A stretch of 64,000 bases of DNA, from positions 128,001-192,000 of IMG/VR virus record IMGVR_UViG_3300010163_000003; one strand, given 5' to 3'. The notes beneath the pieces were generated by a model. It saw only the letters and a list, made by a program, of their open reading frames with translations. It was not told where the DNA came from and did not search any database. The position numbers and the translations under genes were made by a program. This stretch comes from a virus (lineage: Duplodnaviria; Caudoviricetes). This document shows positions 35,594 to 45,371 of this stretch, one piece after another. Each line of letters opens with the position of its first letter. Within the stretch, counting starts at the first letter, position 1.

Positions 35594-35609
35594 AATATCA
35601 CTTCCTTAT

Positions 35610-37088
35610 TTATGGTACAGGAATTAAAATATTTTCTTTTACGCCTGGCTTACATGAAACAGATGCTCCAATGCTCCAATTTATGCGAGATGCTACGTCG
35701 CATATATCGATAGACATACCGCCGCAACGAGAATTACCATTTGCAAATCCACCATGTAATTCTGGCATAATACCATTAGCAAACCAACATCCATCACAGT
35801 CATAAGTATTTTCTGCGCCAGAAACTTTAGTTACAAATCTACCATATTCATTATTAAATGTTTCGCTAATATATCCATTGGATGTTCCGCTAATTGTTGA
35901 ATTAGGTATTTCAATATATCCAGTGCCATCTATATTGTATCCTGTTCCAGTAGAACCATCTTGAGTCCCATAAGTCATTTTTACTTTCATTTTATTATTT
36001 ACATAAATAGAGCCTACTATCCGACCCCATCTATTGCCCCAGAAGTGTTCTATACCAAATACTTTAACGCCAAAATTATTAGCATTATCTCCATAGAACA
36101 ATCCTTGAGAGTTCATCATGCCTGTTTGTTTAACATTAGATTGACTTCCGGTAGTGTTGCCTGTACCAAATGTAATTTGTGTATTGCTAGATTTACCTAT
36201 TAATACGCATAAATCATTTAACATTTGAATATCTGTTCTTGTTTCTATGTTCCACATATGTTTATTTTCTGGATTATTTAATTCGGCAGCAGTTATTTCT
36301 TGAATCATTGTAGTACTACATTTTGGGATAACTCCAGAAATACTTCTAAGCTTACCAGAAGTATCTATAAAACCATTATAGATAGGAACATAAGTATATT
36401 TCATTATGTTTCCATCTTCATCTGTATGGGCATAAGCTTTATATGAATTATCAACTTGTTTATCGCTTACATATACATATTCATATCCGTCAATAGTTTC
36501 GCGTTTAAACCATATTGTTGGAATGCCTACCATTGCGTTCCCTGGAAAATCTATATTGTCAATATCAGACGCAGTACCATCTTTTTTCTTTGTATAATCA
36601 TCCGGATCTAATTCATAAGCTACAGTACCATCGAAATTTAGCATGACAGGCTTAATTTTCATAAAGAAAGCGTCTTTCCAACTACCATACTCAAAAGAAT
36701 TTGTTTCATAATTCATATAAGCGGGAATAAATCCAGTACAATCATTTATATATTCTATACGTTTATCTGGATCTGATTCACCAATAGTTTTCTTATAGCC
36801 ATATATTATTGGTTCAGGCTCTACAGGTGTTGGATCTGGATTTGTAGGATCGGGACTTTCTTTATCAAGTTCTGCCATGACTTGGTCTACCATTTGCTTA
36901 ATTTCTTCATTGGTAATATTATTTTCTTCACTAACAAGATTACCATTGAATAAAAGTTTACTGGCATCATTGGCACTAAGCCCATTAAGAGTATCAAGAT
37001 TTTCATGTGTATGTAAAAAAGACTTAAGTCTATCAAGTAATTTCATGTTGTTAAGAATAAGAGCATATTTTAAATTATTCAAAGTCAT
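35610..37088 (-). CDS. Receptor-binding fibre protein with Mtd/FGE-type C-type-lectin-like C-terminal domain
   Basis: VKVFGIEHFWGNRW motif and C-terminal GG...G...NWSIGASVSCKP resemble CLec-fold tropism proteins; Pro-rich linker after the shared N-terminal anchor. Confidence 0.65.
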   Translation of the reverse strand: MTLNNLKYALILNNMKLLDRLKSFLHTHENLDTLNGLSANDASKLLFNGNLVSEENNITNEEIKQMVDQVMAELDKESPDPTNPDPTPVEPEPIIYGYKKTIGESDPDKRIEYINDCTGFIPAYMNYETNSFEYGSWKDAFFMKIKPVMLNFDGTVAYELDPDDYTKKKDGTASDIDNIDFPGNAMVGIPTIWFKRETIDGYEYVYVSDKQVDNSYKAYAHTDEDGNIMKYTYVPIYNGFIDTSGKLRSISGVIPKCSTTMIQEITAAELNNPENKHMWNIETRTDIQMLNDLCVLIGKSSNTQITFGTGNTTGSQSNVKQTGMMNSQGLFYGDNANNFGVKVFGIEHFWGNRWGRIVGSIYVNNKMKVKMTYGTQDGSTGTGYNIDGTGYIEIPNSTISGTSNGYISETFNNEYGRFVTKVSGAENTYDCDGCWFANGIMPELHGGFANGNSRCGGMSIDICDVASRINWSIGASVSCKPGVKENILIPVP

Positions 37089-37099
37089 AGGTCTTTCTC

Positions 37100-37645
37100 C
37101 TAACTATTCTTTATCCAACTGTATTTACTATTACCTTCTATATTAGCCCAAACTCCATCAATCATAATTTCAATATCTGCATTGTTAAGTTCTAATTGTA
37201 TTTCCTTGCCATTAAAAGTTAGCTTTGGAGAAGTATAATTAAATTTAGATAAAACATTGTATTGTGTCTGCGTAAGAAAATATGTACCATCTACAAATAA
37301 TTCTCCATCTGATGTAAGATTTAAAGCATTAACAGGACTATTTTTCAAAGGAGCCATTATGGGTTTTTTATTATATTGTAAAACTCCATTTTTATCAGTA
37401 AGTAAATTTAATAAATCTGGATCATTAATAGGGAATACAGGGTTCCCTCTAAAGCAAAGTTTATTATTAATTTCAGTAAAAAGATTAAGTAAATCAGGGT
37501 CGTTAATTGGAGAAACAGGTTTATCTTTATAATAGAGTTTATCGTTTGTATCAGTAAGAAGTTGTAATAATTCAAAATTATTATGATGATGAATAAGAAC
37601 TAAACTACCAGTACTATTTTGTTGCTGATCCGCCATTCTCATCAT
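37100..37645 (-). CDS. Fibre adaptor protein with internal repeats
   Basis: PINDPDLLNL repeated twice; LxxLTDxNxxLxYxxKP units. Confidence 0.5.
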   Translation of the reverse strand: MMRMADQQQNSTGSLVLIHHHNNFELLQLLTDTNDKLYYKDKPVSPINDPDLLNLFTEINNKLCFRGNPVFPINDPDLLNLLTDKNGVLQYNKKPIMAPLKNSPVNALNLTSDGELFVDGTYFLTQTQYNVLSKFNYTSPKLTFNGKEIQLELNNADIEIMIDGVWANIEGNSKYSWIKNS

Positions 37646-38882
37646 CTCCCTTCTTAATTCCAGTTATTTTATAAATGCAAACATTATGATAATAATCTAC
37701 AGTAAGTTTGTCTTTTACAATATGAATTTGAGAATTAGAAGTCATTGTTCCATAGCCATATTGCAAAATATAAAGCATGCCCATAGAATAAGCTTCATTA
37801 AGAGTATCTGGATCTATAACTGCCGTTTGAATACAGCCAGGCGTTCCTTTGTCTTGTTTATCTGGCTTATAATAATATTCTACAAGGATTAAGTTATAAT
37901 TGTCAATGCTATCTTTTAAGCTATACTTACCAGATTGTGAAATTTCTTCATTGTAAAGATTAACTTTCGCTAAACTAGCACCCTTTTCTATAGACTCAAT
38001 TTCTTTACCATAATCTTTGGCATATAATTTACCATCTTTAACTACAATAGCATTAAAAGGATCTGTAGACACCAATGCATTATTAAATATATTTTGACCA
38101 TTATAGCATAAAGCACCAGACGCATCTTCTGATAATTTATCTAATACGCTTTGATTGTTGTGCGCAATCATAGTTAATGCTTGTGCAAATTGATCAGTGG
38201 TAATATAATGACTTAGTTCTTGTTTTGTTATTCCAATATTATGATATGCATTATTATAATAAATGTAAGCTGTATATGTGCATCCCAATAAATTACTAGG
38301 ATCATCAGCAAGCAAATAAAGCATCTTTTCATCTTGATTAGATTCAGGAAGCGAAGTAACAAAGCAAAAATTGCGTACAGGAAGTTTGTCTATTTCTTGA
38401 TTTGTATAATCATTAGCAGACCGAAGCATTCCGTCCCAATTATCTTTGTCTATTTTAGTAACATGAATATCATGATCATTAATATGAGAAGAAGCATCTG
38501 TATTTTTGTTATATAAACCATCTGCTTCTAAAATTAATGCGTTATTAGCTTTTTTAGAAAGTTTAAAAGCTGGAGCGTACAATCCATCGTCTTTTTGTAT
38601 AATGGCATTATCTGCATCTTTGGAAATATAGGTTACTAATTGTTTGCCGTTATAAATAAGTTCATCATTTGCATCTATGCTTATATGGGAAAGTACATCA
38701 AGAATATTCTGTGTAACATGCATAGATGCATTATCTACGTGCATTCTTAAATCATTTGCGTAATCTTTCACATAAAGACCATCATCACTTGCTCTATGTA
38801 AGGCGTTATCTGAATCTTGAGAAAGCTTTAAAACAGACTGAAGTATATATATTAAATCTTCTTTCGTAAGAGCTTTACTCAT
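37614..38882 (-). CDS. Fibre shaft protein with SxDxxNAxxxxxDGLY repeats
   Basis: Repeats SQDSDNALHRASDDGLYV, SKDADNAIIQKDDGLYA, SKKANNALILEADGLYN and STDPFNAIVVKDGKLYA; HINDHDIHVT fibre motif. Confidence 0.6.
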   Translation of the reverse strand: MSKALTKEDLIYILQSVLKLSQDSDNALHRASDDGLYVKDYANDLRMHVDNASMHVTQNILDVLSHISIDANDELIYNGKQLVTYISKDADNAIIQKDDGLYAPAFKLSKKANNALILEADGLYNKNTDASSHINDHDIHVTKIDKDNWDGMLRSANDYTNQEIDKLPVRNFCFVTSLPESNQDEKMLYLLADDPSNLLGCTYTAYIYYNNAYHNIGITKQELSHYITTDQFAQALTMIAHNNQSVLDKLSEDASGALCYNGQNIFNNALVSTDPFNAIVVKDGKLYAKDYGKEIESIEKGASLAKVNLYNEEISQSGKYSLKDSIDNYNLILVEYYYKPDKQDKGTPGCIQTAVIDPDTLNEAYSMGMLYILQYGYGTMTSNSQIHIVKDKLTVDYYHNVCIYKITGIKKGDDENGGSATK

Positions 38883-38894
38883 GCTTGCGCCTCC

Positions 38895-39410
38895 TTACAT
38901 AATATTTGCTATAATCTCATCTAGTTCTTCTTTTGTATACGGTTCAAGCGTTTCTTGTGGCGATTGTGTTGATATTCCAGTTGTTAGGCCCACTTTTAAT
39001 TTAACTTCAATAATGCCACTAGAAATTTGTGTAGCAATTTCTCTAAACGTATTAATTGGTTGAATACTCATCAATTTCCCGGGAATCACTTCCGAAAGAT
39101 ATAATATAGAGCCATTTGGGAACTTATACTGAGGAGCATTTACAATACCTTTAACTACTAATATAAAATTATTGCTATCAACATATTCAGAAACAACTCC
39201 ACAAACTTCACTTTGCATTGTGTTTACAGCAAGTGCTCTAATAAATTTTTTAGACTGCAAATCATATGCAAGTACATCACCAGGAATGAAAAAATGATCG
39301 TTTTGAGTAATTTGTACAACAGTATTTTCTCTTAACATTGTACCAAGATAAGTTAAATCGATCAAGTGTTCATTTTCTGGATCTTTAAAAATGACTGAAT
39401 TATTTTTCAT
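38895..39410 (-). CDS. Virion protein, stand-alone copy of a domain shared with the 443-aa and 687-aa genes
   Basis: QNDHFFIPGDVLAY...VCGVVS...ILYLSEVIPGKL. Confidence 0.55.
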   Translation of the reverse strand: MKNNSVIFKDPENEHLIDLTYLGTMLRENTVVQITQNDHFFIPGDVLAYDLQSKKFIRALAVNTMQSEVCGVVSEYVDSNNFILVVKGIVNAPQYKFPNGSILYLSEVIPGKLMSIQPINTFREIATQISSGIIEVKLKVGLTTGISTQSPQETLEPYTKEELDEIIANIM

Positions 39411-39411
39411 A

Positions 39412-40743
39412 TTATATACCTATAATTGTGTCTATAACTTCTTGTAATTCAGAAGTATCATAATGTTCAAAGTTTTCTGGTAGTTCTTGCACATTTCCAT
39501 ATGGAGCCAATGGAGCACCAAATACGCCATCTAAAATATTAATAATTATACTTCGATCTGTGTAAATGGCAATTGGAATATAAGAAGTATTCTCTATATC
39601 TTTGTAATGAACCATTTTGCCAGCTTGTTTATCTGAAAGATACAATATCGTTGTATCTGTAAAAGGCGAACTAGGATATTCGAGCCGTCCTTCTGTCATT
39701 AGCGTAAAGATATTTTCGTTTCTTACGGAAGAAACTACACCTATTATATCTCTTGTGTTTTTAGTCGCTAATGGTTTAAAATATCCATCTTTAGAATTAT
39801 ATGCAACGACATCATTAATTTGAAACCCATGGTTTTCTTGCCTTACTTCATTACAAGATATAATTGTGTTTTCCTTAAGTTTTTCAATATAATCAACATT
39901 AAGCACTTCTTCTGGAAATATATTTGCATATATATTTGAGTTTAATCTATCTTTCCTAGATATCTTAGGGCGAGGGGTTTCAATATATGTAATTTTCGCA
40001 TATCCATTTCCAGCATGGCCAGTTTCTATTGCGCCAGATATAGATGGCATAGAAGCGTCCCCAGCAATAGTATTACCTTGTTCAATAAAATAAGCAATAT
40101 AAGAAGAACCACCAGCAGCGCTATCATTGTATCTTCCTGCGCCACCGCCATACCATCCTCCACCGCCTCCACATCCTTCGTCAGGTAAGTAATCACTACC
40201 ACCTTGCCCGAATATACCCTTAGAAGCAGCGTTTGTACTTAAAGAGTTGCCACCAGAAGTTTGAGTGCCGCCATAAGCTGTTTTATTTGTTGCATCTTTT
40301 CCTACAAGCCCACCACCAACTCCACCAAGATTATATCCAGCTCCACCGCCACCGCCTGCAACTAAACAAACCTGATTTTTATAATTAGATAATGACGAAA
40401 GAACTCCATTACGAAAAGCACAATGAGTTGCGCCACCGCCTTCTCCATATTTGTTCGAATATCCAGCATTAACTTTTCCTCCGCCATTAAATGTTACTAT
40501 AGATGTAGTATTGTGAGCTGTAATACCTCTTCCTTGTTGCCCTACTGCTATATATAAAGTTGTCACAGATGAAATATCTAATATACCTTCTGTATATCCG
40601 CCTTTAGCTCCTGCATGCCATTGAGAAAGACCACCTTGCGCTCCCCATAACTGTATTTTATATTTACCAGGATTAAGAGAAATAGATTGCACCTTTCCAG
40701 TATAAGAGAAATTTTGAACATCTCCTACTTTATCTAAAGCCAT
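39412..40743 (-). CDS. Glycine-rich domain fibre/receptor-binding protein
   Basis: FSYTGKVQ...PGKYKIQLWGAQGG...GGGATH...LVAGGGGG...GGGGGWYGG...GGSSYI (Gly_rich family) plus the shared C-terminal domain. Confidence 0.75.
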   Translation of the reverse strand: MALDKVGDVQNFSYTGKVQSISLNPGKYKIQLWGAQGGLSQWHAGAKGGYTEGILDISSVTTLYIAVGQQGRGITAHNTTSIVTFNGGGKVNAGYSNKYGEGGGATHCAFRNGVLSSLSNYKNQVCLVAGGGGGAGYNLGGVGGGLVGKDATNKTAYGGTQTSGGNSLSTNAASKGIFGQGGSDYLPDEGCGGGGGWYGGGAGRYNDSAAGGSSYIAYFIEQGNTIAGDASMPSISGAIETGHAGNGYAKITYIETPRPKISRKDRLNSNIYANIFPEEVLNVDYIEKLKENTIISCNEVRQENHGFQINDVVAYNSKDGYFKPLATKNTRDIIGVVSSVRNENIFTLMTEGRLEYPSSPFTDTTILYLSDKQAGKMVHYKDIENTSYIPIAIYTDRSIIINILDGVFGAPLAPYGNVQELPENFEHYDTSELQEVIDTIIGI

Positions 40744-40760
40744 ACAATCATCTCCTAATC

Positions 40761-41942
40761 TTATAACAATACTTCAAATTCAAATAAATTCTGTTTTTGT
40801 ACATTTTTATACATATTAGAATTTGTACGATACAAAGAATTAAATAAATACTTATACGACTTAATCGTAATACATCCATTGCCTCCATCGCCACCATTCA
40901 AAGACATATTTTGATATCCCGATAGTGTAAAATTTTTACCACCTGTAGCTGTAATTGTACCCTGTTTTAAAATTAGAGAAGAAAATATATTTACCGAACC
41001 ACCGCCAGATGCACCGCCAGAAGTTGTACATCCATATGTGCTAGTAGGACATGCAAACATTTTATTGCCACCATTAGATTGAATATTCCCATTGTTGTTT
41101 AGTATACGACAATAAATAATAAGTAATCCACCAGTACCACCAATATCAACACATGGCGTAATGCTAATACCAAATCTATAAATTTCATAATATGTATTTA
41201 TAGGATTACCTTGTCCTGACGTACAAAGTTGACCATATCCTGAACCATTACTAGAATGAACTATACCGTTAGTTCCTTTCCCTCCATTATCTGGATCATC
41301 TGCCGAATATGCAGGCCAACCTCCTCCTCCATCTGATTGGGATGCACCAGAGCCACTTCCTCCAGAAAATGATGTACCATATCCTCCTCTACCAACATAT
41401 ACTGTACTAGAATAATTACGACCTGAACCAGTTCCTCCACCGCCAGATTGTCTATTAATACCGTTAGCACCATTAACACCATTATACCAATGATCTCCAC
41501 TAGGTATATAGAAGGCATTTCCTCCAGTAGCGCCTTTAGCCGGTACATATTGCATTCCATCTACAATATCATCATATAAAAATATATCCTTTCCTTCAGA
41601 TATACATCCACGAGAAGTCATTGAAATGGTTCCATTATTAGTAAGACAATTTATATCATAAATAATAAGTCCTTTACATCTTTTTGGTGGCGTAAGAACA
41701 ATACCTAAAGCAATAGATATACAATTACCTAAGATTACTTGAGTATCACAATCGTCAATTTTACATAATGAAAATATAGAATTTACTTTTAACTGTGAAT
41801 CAAATATAAAGTTATTAGGTAACTTATATAAATTAAAACTTAATAAAACATTATTAATGTTAACAGATTCTGATTTTGACTCATTATACGTCATTAATGA
41901 GTATTGTGATGTAAGATAATCAAATATGTTTGTATATATCAT
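40761..41942 (-). CDS. Glycine-rich virion/fibre protein
   Basis: GTISMTSRG, GGGGTG, GTSFSGGSGSG, GGTGGLLIIY, GGASGGGSVNIF, GGDGGNG. Confidence 0.65.
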   Translation of the reverse strand: MIYTNIFDYLTSQYSLMTYNESKSESVNINNVLLSFNLYKLPNNFIFDSQLKVNSIFSLCKIDDCDTQVILGNCISIALGIVLTPPKRCKGLIIYDINCLTNNGTISMTSRGCISEGKDIFLYDDIVDGMQYVPAKGATGGNAFYIPSGDHWYNGVNGANGINRQSGGGGTGSGRNYSSTVYVGRGGYGTSFSGGSGSGASQSDGGGGWPAYSADDPDNGGKGTNGIVHSSNGSGYGQLCTSGQGNPINTYYEIYRFGISITPCVDIGGTGGLLIIYCRILNNNGNIQSNGGNKMFACPTSTYGCTTSGGASGGGSVNIFSSLILKQGTITATGGKNFTLSGYQNMSLNGGDGGNGCITIKSYKYLFNSLYRTNSNMYKNVQKQNLFEFEVLL

Positions 41943-41951
41943 AATGCCACC

Positions 41952-44015
41952 CTAAAATGCTTTAATAAACAAATTCATATTATTGCTAACATTATTATCT
42001 ATATAAAGTTGTTGAGTATTAACAAATCGTATAACGCCAGCGTTATCATCAAAAACAATATAAGCAGCCTTAAAGCCATCACTTATTGTATCAATTAATC
42101 TTTGAACAAGAGTTTTTTTATAGTTAACATTTTCAACTACCCTTATAAAGCCATCTGAACGCACATTGTAGTTATTAGCTGACACTTTAAAATCACCAAT
42201 ACTGGCTTCTTGATTATATTGAATACCGCGTTCAATAGCAATAATGATACCTGCATTCTCAACTGGATACCCAACAGTTTTTGATATATCAGGTTGCTCT
42301 TGAACTATCTTACCTGCATCTGTATCAGATATATATACAGGCATTCCTTGTATATAGCCATTAGTATCGGAAAACAAATTAGTAGCAAAAAAACCTGTCC
42401 ATTGATACTCAAACTGATTAGCATTAATTACTTTAGTTACCATGCCAACAATATTAGAATCGTAATCATCTAAAGCTTTTGCTTTTTGATATGCGTTTTG
42501 AGGATGATAATAAATAAAATCGCCTACAATAAAACCATGATTATTTTGTGTAACTATACGTATATTACGATAATCTCTTACATAAAACGTACCATCGCTA
42601 AGTTTTTGTAAGGCATTATCTGTTTGTGAAGATATCTTTGTTTGTTCTACATAATAACCATTAGTTTTCTTTTGAATAGCATTATAATTATCTGGAGATA
42701 TGACAAACTTTTCTACCAAATATCCATCATTTTGTTTCGTAATCGCATTATTAGCATTAGCAGAAATCCTAAATGCTTCAGAATATAACCCATCTGATTT
42801 AATAGAAAGACTATTTGTTGCATCTTTAGAAAGATTTACGCTTGCTACTGTTTCTGTACTAGTAGTTACATATGTTGATGTAAATTGAACATTTTGATAA
42901 AAAGTATACGCTTGAGAATAATTACAATATCCATATCGTACAGTTCCAGTAAATAAATTACCCCAACTATAATCATTAAGATCTATGTTTATTCTCATAG
43001 CTTCATCCAATGTTGTACTATTAAATCTAGAACAACATACTGATACTAAATTTTTGTTCTTTTTTACTTCAAATAAAATACCATTTGGAACAGAATTCCA
43101 TCCACCTTTTGAACCAAGACTTTTATAAGCGATTCTTTGAGAATTAGGATGTTGATAATTATACCAAATAGCAAGCATATTGCCACCAAGACCACCGCGA
43201 TCACATATAGCAGTAAACGTATGAGCATTTCCACTACCATCTATAATATGACCAATAACAATACCATTTGCATCATCATCACTATTTGTAGATTTAATAG
43301 TACAAATATGCGTATAACAATCATAAAAATCTTTTGTAATAAATCCATTAAAATAACTCGAATTTCTTGGTTGAACAAAACTTTGAAGATTATTATCCCA
43401 GTACCAAGAATTTTCTTCTGTAGGATAGTAATGGTCTGTCCAATTACCTCCTGTATGTGAGAATTTTAAGCCTTCATTAAATATAGCATCTAATGGTTCA
43501 CCCTTAAGTTCTTCTGACCATACAATTGTAGTAGAGTCTTTAGATTTAAATTTAGGAACATATAATCCAGTTGCTAAAACCTGTATAGCATTCGTATTTT
43601 CTTTTCCATCTTTAGGAGACCATATTTTAACGTCTGCCTTTAGGCTAGGGATATTTGAATCATAAGTTAAATCAACTGTATTGGTGTCTAAACATTTAAT
43701 TGATTGCAATTTCTTAATTGCGTCTTCTACGCTTTTTATTCTTTTCTCTAAATCATTTATAGCATTTAAATTATTTATAATCTGATTTTGAAGACTATTT
43801 TGAATATTATCGGTTTTGTCTTTTATTAATATAGATAGATCATAAATAGAATCCTCAAGCAAATTTAATGCTTCTTGTAAACCAGTAATAGCATAAATGG
43901 GATGTTGGTTTAATAAGTCTCTATTGATAAGTTCATCATGGTCGAAACTTTGAGAGATGTTACCATCTCCATTGCCAGAGATGGGACGATTATACCTAAC
44001 CAACCGTACTCCCAT
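41952..44015 (-). CDS. Multidomain fibre protein (coiled coil, lectin-like domain, shaft repeats, shared C-terminal domain)
   Basis: QHPIYAITGLQEAL fibre motif; coiled coil; SDDDANGIVIG lectin-like region; four ISxxxxNAxxxxxDG repeats; QNNHGFIVGDFIYY domain. Confidence 0.65.
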   Translation of the reverse strand: MGVRLVRYNRPISGNGDGNISQSFDHDELINRDLLNQHPIYAITGLQEALNLLEDSIYDLSILIKDKTDNIQNSLQNQIINNLNAINDLEKRIKSVEDAIKKLQSIKCLDTNTVDLTYDSNIPSLKADVKIWSPKDGKENTNAIQVLATGLYVPKFKSKDSTTIVWSEELKGEPLDAIFNEGLKFSHTGGNWTDHYYPTEENSWYWDNNLQSFVQPRNSSYFNGFITKDFYDCYTHICTIKSTNSDDDANGIVIGHIIDGSGNAHTFTAICDRGGLGGNMLAIWYNYQHPNSQRIAYKSLGSKGGWNSVPNGILFEVKKNKNLVSVCCSRFNSTTLDEAMRINIDLNDYSWGNLFTGTVRYGYCNYSQAYTFYQNVQFTSTYVTTSTETVASVNLSKDATNSLSIKSDGLYSEAFRISANANNAITKQNDGYLVEKFVISPDNYNAIQKKTNGYYVEQTKISSQTDNALQKLSDGTFYVRDYRNIRIVTQNNHGFIVGDFIYYHPQNAYQKAKALDDYDSNIVGMVTKVINANQFEYQWTGFFATNLFSDTNGYIQGMPVYISDTDAGKIVQEQPDISKTVGYPVENAGIIIAIERGIQYNQEASIGDFKVSANNYNVRSDGFIRVVENVNYKKTLVQRLIDTISDGFKAAYIVFDDNAGVIRFVNTQQLYIDNNVSNNMNLFIKAF

Positions 44016-44025
44016 AGTTTCACCT

Positions 44026-45360
44026 TCATTCTATTACTATTTTGAATCTATAAAGGTTAGCAGCTAAATATAATGTTTGTAATGTCTTGTCTGAAATACG
44101 TAAAGAGATATATCTTATACGTTCTGGCTCTAAATCTCGTATAATTATTTGCTTAGAATAAGTCAATGTTGTATTGTTGACTTCACCATCCATTTCAGCA
44201 ATCATGATTTCTTCTTCTCCACCATAATATTCTGAATATTGGACAATGCTTATTTTAAGTTGAGGAATAACATGATGTTCTTTATTTTTAATGTATATAG
44301 TAACATACTGACTGCCCCTAGTATATTGACCCAAATTATAAAGAGTATCTGGATCAAGCAACGTAGACTCATGATATACTTCTATATTATTTTCAAGGAT
44401 AAAAGCATCTCCACCATATGTTTCTCTTCCTAGATCGTATTCTTCTATGGTAGTATCATATTTATGTTTGTAAAATAAACGAAGTGTGGCATCTTTCATT
44501 GGCATTGGGAAATGAGTCGTATTTATCAAGCATGATGTATTAGAACGGCTAAATAAATGATAATATGCCAAATCATCTGTTCTTAAAACAACGCCATCTT
44601 TTGTATATATTTCAAACTCATAATCTCTTGATATATTGTCTATTGTAATATATCTACTGTTGTATATAGCCATAGATTTAACTACAAAATGAGAATTATC
44701 AATTTGTTCTTTCTTTTCAGTGCCATATATAAAGAAGCCTATGACATTAGAATCCGCAAACTTTACATTTCCTACTTCTATCCATGTAATACCATCTGTA
44801 CTAGCCCAAAAGACATATTTATACTTTTGTTTGGTAAACTTAATATATTTATAGAAAACATCTACAAATGGTTCTTCAGAAGGAGTTTCAGTAGTTGTTT
44901 CTCCAGAATCATTGTCGGTATCAGCCTCTCCACTATCTATTATAATGTCTTCTGGTTCATGTTCGTTCATAGACCATTGTACATAGTTACCATGAAACAT
45001 TTCTTTAATCATATTAGCTATATCAGTTTGATAAAGGTTAGAATTTTGAAGACCAGAAGGGCCAGTTGCAAGAAAACTTTGACATTCAGCATATTCTTTG
45101 TCATTAGAGATTATGATGACACCAGCGATGTCATCATAATCAAAAATGTCATGATCTATTTCTACTATACAAGAATATTCCTCTAATGTAGGTTCTGTTA
45201 TTGTATATGTAGTATATCGTCTATTATGAAGCATTTGTAAGCCATCTGAACCAAAGCGCAAATTATTAGCATCAGAAGGAGATAATGTCCATAATAATGA
45301 TTGATGCTGAAAATCATCATAATATAGAAGACCACTTGCACTTTTATTCAACCTAGCCAT
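44026..45360 (-). CDS. Virion protein with a putative concanavalin/lectin-like N-terminal beta-sandwich
   Basis: GLLYYDDF...WTLSP and YVFWASTDGITWIEVG beta-rich motifs; inside the structural operon. Confidence 0.45.
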   Translation of the reverse strand: MARLNKSASGLLYYDDFQHQSLLWTLSPSDANNLRFGSDGLQMLHNRRYTTYTITEPTLEEYSCIVEIDHDIFDYDDIAGVIIISNDKEYAECQSFLATGPSGLQNSNLYQTDIANMIKEMFHGNYVQWSMNEHEPEDIIIDSGEADTDNDSGETTTETPSEEPFVDVFYKYIKFTKQKYKYVFWASTDGITWIEVGNVKFADSNVIGFFIYGTEKKEQIDNSHFVVKSMAIYNSRYITIDNISRDYEFEIYTKDGVVLRTDDLAYYHLFSRSNTSCLINTTHFPMPMKDATLRLFYKHKYDTTIEEYDLGRETYGGDAFILENNIEVYHESTLLDPDTLYNLGQYTRGSQYVTIYIKNKEHHVIPQLKISIVQYSEYYGGEEEIMIAEMDGEVNNTTLTYSKQIIIRDLEPERIRYISLRISDKTLQTLYLAANLYRFKIVIE

Positions 45361-45371
45361 ACCATCACCTG

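Noticed and set aside
35610-37088. Complete diversity-generating retroelement
   Set aside because: No reverse transcriptase, accessory gene or template repeat was seen in the window. Only a target-like protein is present.
32653-37088. Invertase-driven shufflon for tip switching
   Set aside because: All cassettes are co-oriented, the shared repeats are direct rather than inverted, and no recombinase is encoded in the window.
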